DNA from: Pseudomonadales bacterium
GTDB lineage: Bacteria; Pseudomonadota; Gammaproteobacteria; Pseudomonadales; Azotimanducaceae
Reading direction: 5' to 3'
DNA length: 64,000 bases
Assembly: GCA_963422285.2 (NCBI GenBank)
Contig: CAXXJO010000002.1
Location: forward strand, 1,310,842-1,374,841
Positions within the stretch are counted from its first letter, which is position 1; each line of letters opens with the position of its first letter. Positions 49,449 to 57,732 of this stretch are shown piece by piece. A program made the translations under genes and the position numbers. Below the pieces are notes generated by a model, which saw nothing but the letters and a program-made list of their open reading frames with translations, made no database searches and was not told where the DNA came from.

Positions 49449-49713
49449 GATGCTCCCTCCCAAGGGTTGAAGTAAGCCGATAGTACATGCTTCGATGCCC
49501 AGCGGAATACGCCAAACGCCGCCGCGGTGCATCCAGACGAATGCCGGCCGGCGAGGTTCTTGCCTCCCCGTCGCGGCTTCAGGTTCTCAGAAAGAACACG
49601 CCGACGCGGTGCTCGCAGCTTTGCCGCTCTTCGGCGTCCTCCGGCGCACCGGGTTCGGCGCAGGCGGTGTGGAAGCAGCTATGCAGCACGGGCACGGCAT
49701 CGGCCTTCATGCC

Positions 49714-50070
49714 CTAGTTCTTGAAGGCCAGCGCTTCGGCGCAGGTCATGCGCGGGTAGCAGCACCAGCGATGGGCCGGGTTGAAGCGCAAATTCTGCTG
49801 GTTGCTGACCTTGCCCGTAGGCGTGAAGTCGCGCAGGCCCGAAGGTACGAGATCCGCCGCGTGGAATGGTGCGGGATTCGCAAAGGGCGAGGGGGCATGT
49901 GCCGCAGGGGTTTGCGCATGGCCACCGTGCGCCGGAAGTTGATGACGAGGTGGCCCGAGCACATCGTCCTGATCGTAGCGCCGCCGCCAATCCCGGCCGG
50001 CATCGGCACCGGAGAACGCTTCGAGGTTTTCCTGGTAGTCGTCCGCGGTCAGCCCGTATTCGTTATGCAC
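49714..50070 (-). CDS. hypothetical protein with a Cys-rich C-terminus
   Basis: 118 codons, GTG start, native-looking GC3-rich codons. Ends ..NPAHRWCCYPRMTCAEALAFKN. An in-frame 43-codon Cys/His-rich ORF follows the TAG stop. Confidence 0.45.
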   Translation of the reverse strand: MHNEYGLTADDYQENLEAFSGADAGRDWRRRYDQDDVLGPPRHQLPAHGGHAQTPAAHAPSPFANPAPFHAADLVPSGLRDFTPTGKVSNQQNLRFNPAHRWCCYPRMTCAEALAFKN

Positions 50071-50283
50071 GGCGAGGCCGCAGTAGGGATTCGCCGTGCC
50101 GGGGCCGCGGCGCAGCAGCCCCGGCGGCGGCTCGATCTCGATGCTGGCGACGGGCTGCCGGCGGCGCTTGGTCGTTCGACTCTTGCGTCGTCTCCATGTC
50201 CGTCATGGACCTCGTCCGAGCGACGATCATCCGAGTATGCGGAGCCCTGGCCGAACAATCCATTCCGGCCCGGCGGTTCGACC

Positions 50284-50946
50284 TTATTCTTCGGCAGGGC
50301 GGCGGTCGACGCCCGCCGAGCCTTCTTGCAGCCGGGGCTTCGCCGTCCGGATCGCTCGATCGCCTAAGGACGGCAGCAGAGACAGGGTGGCGGCAGTGCC
50401 GTCGCCGAGCAGCAGCGCATCGTCGGCGTTCTGTAGATACCGGTCGCAGGCGTCGTCGAACACCGCCGTGCCCGGCGCTGGCGAGGTCCGGTAGTCCGTC
50501 CAAAGGCCGGCCGTCCGCGAGGGTTCGCGCTGTGCGCGGAGCAAGCGCAGGAAGCGATTGCGAGCGTGGGCGGACGCCACTCCGTAGGCGGCTTCGGCAT
50601 CCACGCAGCCAGCGTGACAGCCGTCCAGACTGCGCACATGGCCCTGCACCAGGATGCAGATGGCGTTTTCTTCCAGTTCGAGGAGATCGCTTTTGGATTC
50701 CTGGGTAAGCGCCATGAACTCGTCGGAGATCAGCAGCGCGGTCAGACGGTCGGCTTTCTCCGACAACGCCGTTTCGGCGCGTCTGGCCCGGTCCAGGCAG
50801 GTCGCGTAGCACTGGCCGACGACGAGGCGGCCTTCCTGGCTCGGGCTCAGGTTCTGGGCGACGGCAGCGGACGCGCCGGACAGCATCAGGACGGCGGCAA
50901 GCCCAAGGGATTTCTTCAGACGACGATTGGCGTGTGCGAATTTCAT
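50284..50946 (-). CDS. secreted cysteine-rich protein of unknown function (paralog A)
   Basis: 220 aa with GAGGAG 9 nt before the ATG. Signal peptide ..LGLAAVLMLSGASAAVAQ. Conserved blocks EGRLVVGQCYATC, DGCHAGCVDAEAAYGV, AFDDACDRYL are shared with 56000-56659. Confidence 0.7.
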   Translation of the reverse strand: MKFAHANRRLKKSLGLAAVLMLSGASAAVAQNLSPSQEGRLVVGQCYATCLDRARRAETALSEKADRLTALLISDEFMALTQESKSDLLELEENAICILVQGHVRSLDGCHAGCVDAEAAYGVASAHARNRFLRLLRAQREPSRTAGLWTDYRTSPAPGTAVFDDACDRYLQNADDALLLGDGTAATLSLLPSLGDRAIRTAKPRLQEGSAGVDRRPAEE

Positions 50947-51214
50947 GGGGCAGTTCTCCTCGAGTCGCTAGGCAGCATAGCCTTCCCGCAGCTGGGCGGG
51001 AATGGCGGCTTTCATTGCGGAGCTTGCCTTCGAGATGCTGAACGGGCACTGAATGGAAGGTAGTGTCTCAGTTCGAATCCGTGTCGTCGTGCCGCATCCC
51101 GCAACCACAAGATGCAGGGGCATGGGGCAGTATCGACTGATCTATGACGCCCTGCCGGACGGCCTTTTACTGCACAACCATCGATACGGCGCTGCTTGCG
51201 CGACCTGCCGTAGG

Positions 51215-52290
51215 AGGAAAGATACCCGATTTGAGCGGCTCCGCAGGGCCGCCGCGGGCGCGCGGCGGCCCTGCGTTCGCGCATGACGTTGCAACCCGCC
51301 GGCGGCGAGGGAGACAAGGTTTTCCCGCCGTCCTACGCAGTCGATGGGCGCACCGAGCACAAATACGCGGTGGAGGAGTCGGGTCGGCGACAGCGACAAG
51401 GTGTTCGTCACCGTCCTGCTGGACTCCGTGGCATCGCAGGCGAATCAGGCGGAACTGGCGCTGCTCGAAGGCTGGGAGCGGAACGGGTTGTCTTCCCCGT
51501 CCCCTACGTCGACTTCAGCGACCCCAACGATGTCACGGACCACGAGAAGCTGACCGTGCTGGAAGCGCCGCATCGGCTGGCGGACGCCATCTTCCGGGAC
51601 AGCCTGCTGGACGGCACGCTGTTTCGCCTGTCCGATGTCGTCCGCGCCATCACCGACGCGCCGCCGCGCAACGCCACCGACCTGTTCCGCCACTCGCCCA
51701 CAGCGCTGCTGTTCGGCATGCGGGACTCCACCGGGCCGAAGGGCGAACTGGGATCGTAGTTCCAGCGCACCTATATGTCATGTCATGTCATGTCGGAGAT
51801 ATGTCGGAGATCGTCGGTTTCGACGCCGCGGTGGGAAAGCCGCGGTGGGGAAAGACGGGAAGCCGCATCGACCCCTTGCTGATCGAAAAGGTTGCTTCGG
51901 AGGATCGGGTTTTCAACAGCGCCGACCCGCGGCAGGAGTGGACGCACGATCCCAAGGCAGCCGAGAAGGACAAGAAGGGCAAACCGGTCCCCGCTTCGCG
52001 AGGCAGCGAGAGCGGCAAAGCCGGCCAGCCGTCCAAAATCAATCACGGCAACATGCCCCCTCGATAGACGCCCAGGCTGGCGGCGTCACCATCTCCAAGG
52101 CCCTGCAGACCACGGTGATTTCTTTCGCGGCCTTGCGGCGGCTGCGGTTCAAGGGGTTCGACCTTGGGGCTGAAACGGCCGCCCGCACCGCGATTGCGGC
52201 GCTGGGCGTCGCGGCCATCGCCTACCAGCACGAGACGGACTTCGACCTGCGGTCCCGCTGCCTACTGCTGCCCACGCATCCTCTCGATAG
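51215..52290 (+). pseudogene. cas7u/csb1-like (type I-U/I-G Cas7, GSU0053 family) gene, heavily disrupted
   Basis: Collinear blocks are spread over three frames: LRSRMTLQPAGGEGDKVFPPSY, VFVTVLLDSVASQANQAELAL, LEAPHRLADAIFRDS, PTALLFGMRDSTGPKG, an in-frame TAG at 51757, EIVGFDA..GSRIDPL, INHGNMPP, a C5-run shift at 52056-52060, then GGVTISKALQTTVISFAALRRLRF and DLRSRC. Confidence 0.55.
51775..51854. repeat. cluster of short tandem duplications inside the cas7u-like pseudogene
   Basis: ATGTC x4 at 51775-51794. ATGTCGGAGAT x2 at 51790-51811. CCGCGGTGGG(G)AAAG x2 at 51826-51854. Confidence 0.9.
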
Positions 52291-52429
52291 GTACGGCGCC
52301 GTGGAAGCGATACCCGCCAACGCCAGGGATTGGGGCGTCAAGGCGCGCGTCGCAGCGCACTTGGCTGCGACCCTGAAAGCAATGCGCGAGGAGGCGGCGC
52401 TCTACAAGCGGAGCCATGAACCTGGTTGA
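52291..52429 (+). pseudogene. fragment homologous to the 3' part of the 5'-3' exonuclease gene at 56854-57732
   Basis: YGAVEAIPANARDWGVKARVAAHLAATLKAMREEAALYKR compared with YGTVEAIPAEAGDWGVRGAKRLAAKLNAMRDKVALYKR. The nucleotide similarity (52291-52407 against 57465-57581) is visible by eye. Confidence 0.6.
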
Positions 52430-52607
52430 CTACATCTGCCTGCTCCTGACGCCCGCGCTGCTGTCCATCGGGCAGTTCCTGTGCAAGAGAACCGCGGACT
52501 CGGGATTCCGCTTCCTCGGCGAGAAGCTGAACCTCACGTACTGGGCCGAGGTCGCGCTCGTCATCGCGGGAGTATGCGCCACCGCCATCGCCCTGCATTC
52601 GACGTGA
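52416..52607 (+). pseudogene. truncated small EamA/ArnE-like membrane protein ORF
   Basis: 63 aa with two TM-like segments (LLLTPALLSIGQFLCK..). This is about half the usual length for such proteins. Confidence 0.3.
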
Positions 52608-52649
52608 AGGCCCTTCCCGGAACAGCCGCATGGGAGCGATCAGGATAGA

Positions 52650-53520
52650 TCGGTTCACCGCGTTCCTGGCGCCGCGCTCATCCTGCTGCGCGAGGTCAAC
52701 CATGGCGTCGGGCTGGGTGCAGATTCCAAACTCTACGCATCCACCGCCCGGAGCTTGTTGGCAGGAAAGGGATCCATCTCCTTTGGGGCCTGTATGTCAA
52801 TGTCGCCCCCTTGTTCCCCCTGACGCTGGCCTTCGTTGGCCTTTTCGGGCTGGACGTTGCCACGGCAGCCGGGTGGGTCAATGCCACCGCCTTCGGACTG
52901 ACCATATTCACAACGACGCTGTGGCTGCGCTGCCGAGTCTAGTCCAACCTGCTCATCATCTGGGCCGGCTGCGCAGGCGCGTTGTCGCCGCCCCTGACGC
53001 GAACTTCGTTTCTCGCCATGACAGTGCCGTTGTTCATCCTGTTCACCGTCCTGGCGTCTTTTTTCTGCTGGACCGATTCCTGGACCGCCGCCAACGGTCG
53101 TTCCTGCTTCTGGCGGCGGCATGCGCCGCTCTGGCCTGTCTGACCCGCTACATCGGCGTAGCGGTCTTGGCCAGCGCTTTGCTGATATCGATGTTCCGGG
53201 ACAAACTTGGCAACATCGCTGCCTATTCCGTCATTTCCATGGCCCCGATACGCCTGTGGATGGCGCGAAATTTCCTGGTTGCGAACTCAGTGCTGGGACA
53301 GCCGAGACCAACGGACCTTACGCTGCTGTCCAGCGTGGACAGCGCGACCTCCGAGCTCGTTAGGTGGTTCTTCCGGATAGGGGCTTCTATTATCTCGGGG
53401 AGATGCTTTCCGAAATGTCGGGTATCGCCATTGCTGGAGATCTGACCATCCCCGGCATCGCATTGAAGGGCGCTATGCTGCTCGTTCCGATGCTCATGCG
53501 CATAAACCGCGGCGGGGCCG
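52650..53520 (+). pseudogene. GT39/GT83 (ArnT/PMT-like) membrane glycosyltransferase, disrupted
   Basis: DSKLYASTARSLLAGKG, then a frameshift. LYVNVAPLFPLTLAFVGLFGLDV..TIFTTTLWLRCRV, then an in-frame TAG. SNLLIIWAGC..LFILFTVLASFF, then a T-run frameshift. LLDRFLDRRQRSFLLLAAACAALACLTRYIGVAVLASALL. Confidence 0.5.
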
Positions 53521-53800
53521 TGTGCGCTGGATGGAGCGCTTTCGATAATGCACCGTACCCTGCCTCTTGTGGTTGCATGATGCGGCACGACGACACGGAT
53601 CCAAACCGAACCTTATCCAATCGCGCCACCTCGATCAGAGCATGAACGAACTGGATCGGGCGGGCAGTCATGGGATCATCGCGCGGGTGGACAGCGCCAG
53701 TGCCCAGCACCGTCTCCGGGTACCGATATTCCGGGAGAGCATGGTCTGGCCACCGCGTTGGACTCTTCGGGGAAGAGCCGGCGACTGCTAGACTAGCGCC

Positions 53801-55422
53801 ATGGACAGCAGCGAGCGCTTCTTCAACACGGCCGGGCCCATCTGCGCGGAGGACCACTACCATCTGCCGCCCTTGGGACGCCTGGATCTGGAGCATGTAC
53901 TGCGGTTGATCGCGCAGAAGAAGTACTTTGTGCTGCACGCCCCGCGCCAGACCGGCAAGACCTCCGCGCTGCTGGCGTTGCGCGATCTGCTGAACGCCGA
54001 GAGCAACTACCGCTGCGTATACACCAATGTGGAGGTCGGGCAGGCGGGGCGGGAGGACGTCGGACGCACCATGCGCACTATCCTCGGCGAGCTGTCGGCG
54101 GACGCCAGCGAAACCCTGCATGACGAATTTGTCGATCAAGTCTGGCTGGACATCCTGCAACGCAACGGACCGGACGGTGCGCTGCGGGAGGTGCTGAGCC
54201 GCTGGTCGCGGGCCGATGCGCGGCCGCTGGTGCTGCTGATCGACGAGATCGACGCGCTGGTGGGGGATTCGCTGATATCGGTGCTGCGCCAGCTTCGCGC
54301 CGGCCATACGCGCCGGGCGCGGCATTTTCCGCAGAGCGTCATTCTTTGCGGGGTGCGCGATGTGCGCGATTACCGCATCCACGCCCGTTCCGAGAAGGAC
54401 GTCGTCACCGGCGGCAGCGCCTTCAACATCAAAGCCGAATCCCTGCGCCTAGGCGACTTCTCCGCCGCCGAGACCGACGCTCTGCTGGACCAACACACCG
54501 AAGCCACCGGCCAAGCGTTCACCAACGAAGCCCGGCGCACGCTGTGGGAACTGACCCAGGGCCAGCCGTGGCTGGTGAACGCGCTTGCCTACGAGACCTG
54601 CTTCCAGAGCAAGGCCGGGCGCGATCGTCGCCGCCTCATCGCCACAGACGCCATTCAGGCGGCGCGCGAGCAACTCATTCTTCGCCGCGAAACCCATCTA
54701 GACCAACTCGCCGACAAGCTGCGCGAAGAACGGGTGCGGCGCGTGGTCGAGCCGTTGCTGAACAGTGCCGAAGACACGGGCTCGATTCCCGCCGACGACT
54801 TGCAGTACGTGCGCGATCTCGGTTTGATTGCTCAGCGTTCGCCGGCGCGCATCGCCAACCCCATCTATCGGGAGGTGATCCCCGGGATCTGACCTGGACC
54901 ACCCAGGAGATGACCTTCGGCCACCAGGACCCGGCGTGGTACGTCGGCACCGACGGCCGCTTGCGGACCGCCAAGCTGCTGGCGGCTTTCCAGCGGTTCT
55001 TCCGCGCGCACTCCGAGCACTGGGTGGAGCGCTTCCAGTACAAGGAGGCGGGGCCGCAGCTCCTGCTGCAGGCGTTCCTGCAACGGATTGTGAACAGTGG
55101 CGGGCGTATCGAGCGCGAATACGGCTTGGGAAGGATGCGAACCGACCTGCTGATCCTGTGGCCGGTGACGGACGAACCCGAATCGGAGAGCGATGCCGGA
55201 ACGGCGCAGCGCATCGTGATCGAGTGCAAGGTGCGGCACGCCAGTCTGGAGCGGACGGTGGAGGCGGGCCTTGCCCAGACCCGTGCGTACATGGATCGGT
55301 GCGCGGCGGACGAAGGCCACCTGATCGTGTTCGACCGCACACCGGACAAGCCCTGGGAGGACAAGGTGTTCCAGCGGGAAGGCGACGCGGACGGGGCGAG
55401 GGTCACCATCTGGGGCATGTAG
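53801..55422 (+). pseudogene. AAA-ATPase / PD-(D/E)XK (AAA-ATPase_like + PDDEXK_9-type) gene with one frameshift
   Basis: The N-terminal ORF has ERFFNTAGP and Walker A HAPRQTGKTS. It reads ..NPIYREVIPGI then stops at 54892. The +1 frame continues (R)DLTWTTQE..QRIVIECKVRHASLERTVEAGLAQTRAYMD to 55422. The shift sits in the CCCCGGG run at 54880-54886. Confidence 0.75.
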
Positions 55423-55691
55423 GGCAGTCTGAAAGATTACGCCGCATAAAGGCTGCTACGGCATGCGTCGACGGCCTCGGAGGTCATGCGCCGCACGCGA
55501 CCTTCCGACGCGGGGTGTCGCGGGGAGAAACCCCTGCGACAAAGCCCGCCCCGGGACGGCTCGGTCTAGGGCAGCGGGACGCCATTGATTGGCGAACAAG
55601 AGATGGACATGACGAATATGCTCATGCTGCCAAGCAATGCCCACATGGGAATATGTCAGGGAACTATGTACTTGAGGATTCAAGCTACAAT

Positions 55692-55717
55692 ATATGGGCA
55701 ATTTATATGGGCAATTT
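55692..55717. repeat. 13-bp perfect tandem duplication in an AT-rich islet
   Basis: ATATGGGCAATTT x2. Confidence 0.9.
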
Positions 55718-55999
55718 TCAAGGCATAACTGCTATCTATAGTAGCCAAGGTACTGTTGTATATATCTCCCATATGTTAAATGGCCTGTCGTGAGCCTCGG
55801 ACGGACGATTCGGAGCCTACGCCATGCTGTTCGGCTCGGCCTCTGCCTGCTCCTGACGCCCGAACTGCTGGCCTGAGTGCTGTTTCCGATGGCAAGCTCT
55901 GGTGCTCGACGACTACGGCATGGCGGCGAGCCGAGACTCCGCGGCCAGCTTGCGCATCATCCACAAGCAGCAACGCCGCCGCGGCCCGCTATGACGGGG

Positions 56000-56659
56000 T
56001 CATCGAGGTGGGCGTTGCTCGGTGCCGTCCGGTTCCTTCCTTCTGCGCTTCTCGAGCCCCGCTTCAAGGCCGCGCAGCGATTCCAGCAGGGAGATGGTGG
56101 CGGGAATCCGGCTGTTCGTCAGGAGGGGATCGTTGGGGTTCCCCAAGTATCGATCGCAGGCTTCGTCGAACGCGACGCTGCCCGGGAACGGCGCGGTTTT
56201 GTAGTCGAACCAAAGGCCCGCCTCCTGCAAGGATAAGCGGGTACCGCGCAGCTGGTGGAAGAAGCGATTGCGGGCATGGGCAGCCTTCACACCGTAGGCG
56301 GCCTCGGCATCGGCGCAGCCGGCGTAGCAGCCATCCATATCCCACATTCTATTCTGTGCCGAGGCGCACGCAGCGGTTCTGTCCATGGCCATTACTAGGT
56401 TTTGGGATTCCAAAGGGAGGGCGCCGAAATCGTCGGATATTATCCGGGTCAACTCTCGGTCGTGTCGTTCCTGGAGCTTATCGAAGCTGCGCGTCAATCG
56501 GTCCATGCATGTCGCGTAGCACTGGCCGACGACGAGGCGGCCTTCCTCGCTTCGGAGCAGGTTTTGGGCGACGGCTGCCGGCATGTACGACAAGATCAGC
56601 AAGGCGGCAAGGCCCAGCGCACTATGCAGGGAGGGGCGTTTCATGGCAAAGTTCCTCAT
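56000..56659 (-). CDS. secreted cysteine-rich protein of unknown function (paralog B)
   Basis: Starts MRNFAMKRPSLHSALGLAALLILSYMPAAVAQ, with GAGGA 6 nt upstream. Same conserved Cys blocks as 50284-50946. A 37-nt stretch is identical between the two genes (56511-56547 and 50801-50837). Confidence 0.7.
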   Translation of the reverse strand: MRNFAMKRPSLHSALGLAALLILSYMPAAVAQNLLRSEEGRLVVGQCYATCMDRLTRSFDKLQERHDRELTRIISDDFGALPLESQNLVMAMDRTAACASAQNRMWDMDGCYAGCADAEAAYGVKAAHARNRFFHQLRGTRLSLQEAGLWFDYKTAPFPGSVAFDEACDRYLGNPNDPLLTNSRIPATISLLESLRGLEAGLEKRRRKEPDGTEQRPPR

Positions 56660-56853
56660 TGTTCGTCCTCGGCATGGCTCGCCCGCCGAGCCGCGGGCAG
56701 AGCCGTTTTCGGTTGTGGACGATACCCAACCGAATGCCGAGACCAACCCGCTCGCAACCTTGCGGCTTGCCGCGATAGTCGCTTGTGGACGGTGGCGCCC
56801 GAACGCTGAATCAGCGCTTGCGCCGGTTTGACGGCCCCTTTGTAATAGACGCC

Positions 56854-57732
56854 ATGCGGCTGCATGTGATCGACGGCACCTTCGAGCTGTTCCGGGCGCA
56901 CTACTCCAAGCGTCCGGGACGCATTTCGCCCGGCGGCATGGACGTCAAGGGCACGGTGGGCGTGCTGTCGTCCCTCTTCGCCCTGCTCGACGACCCCGAC
57001 GAGGCCGTTACCCACGTCGCCGCCGCCTTCGACAATCCTGTCGAGTCGTTCCGCAACGACCTCTTCCCCGGCTACAAGAGCAGCGAAGGCATGGCGCCGG
57101 CGATCCTGGCGCAGTTCGATCTGGTGGAGGAAGCAGTGGCAGCGATGGGCATCACGGTGTGGTCCATGGACCGCTTCGAGGCGGACGACGCGCTGGCCAC
57201 CGCGGTGCGCCGATGGCGCGACCAGGTGGCCCAAGTGCGCATCCTCACGCCGGACAAGGACCTCGGTCAGTGCGTCACCGGCAACCGCGTGGTGCAGGTA
57301 GACCGCATGCGCCGCCGCGTCATCGACGAGGACGGCGTACGCACACGGAGCGGATGCACACCGATCAGCGTCCCGGACTGGCTGGCCCTGGTGGGAGACG
57401 CCGCCGACGGCATCCCCGGCGTGCCGGGCTTCGGCGCCAAGACCGCGGCCGCATTGCTGACGAAGTACGGCACCGTGGAAGCGATTCCTGCCGAGGCCGG
57501 GGACTGGGGCGTACGCGGCGCCAAGCGCTTGGCAGCGAAACTGAACGCTATGCGCGACAAAGTGGCACTCTACAAGCGGCTGACAACGCTGGTGGACGAT
57601 GTGCCGCTGGCCGAGACCCTGGACGATCTGCGCTGGCGAGGAGCGGACCGGACGCGCTTCGATCGCTTGGCGCAGATTCTCGGCGGCGTACCGATGCGCC
57701 CGCGCCGCTGGCGGGAGGATGCGGACGGATAA
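56854..57732 (+). CDS. 5'-3' exonuclease / flap endonuclease (PIN-like plus H3TH, Xni/ExoIX-like)
   Basis: Starts MRLHVIDGTFELFRAHY. Contains FEADDALAT, ILTPDKDLGQ, and H3TH LVGDAADGIPGVPGFGAKTAAALL. Confidence 0.8.
   Translation: MRLHVIDGTFELFRAHYSKRPGRISPGGMDVKGTVGVLSSLFALLDDPDEAVTHVAAAFDNPVESFRNDLFPGYKSSEGMAPAILAQFDLVEEAVAAMGITVWSMDRFEADDALATAVRRWRDQVAQVRILTPDKDLGQCVTGNRVVQVDRMRRRVIDEDGVRTRSGCTPISVPDWLALVGDAADGIPGVPGFGAKTAAALLTKYGTVEAIPAEAGDWGVRGAKRLAAKLNAMRDKVALYKRLTTLVDDVPLAETLDDLRWRGADRTRFDRLAQILGGVPMRPRRWREDADG

Noticed and set aside
51055-51095. GTTCGAATC, a tRNA T-loop-like string, at about 51072
   Set aside because: The flanking bases cannot form a T-stem (CTCAG against CCGTG), and no acceptor or anticodon arms can be drawn. 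I found no tRNA gene in the window by eye.
53390-54382. 330-codon minus-strand ORF antisense to the AAA-ATPase gene
   Set aside because: No motifs and a shadow composition. The plus-strand frame carries Walker A and family-specific blocks.
50950-55800. Search for a CRISPR array near the cas7u-like pseudogene
   Set aside because: The only repeats seen are 5-15-bp tandem duplications at 51.8 kb and 55.7 kb. There are no 28-37-bp direct repeats with regular spacers.
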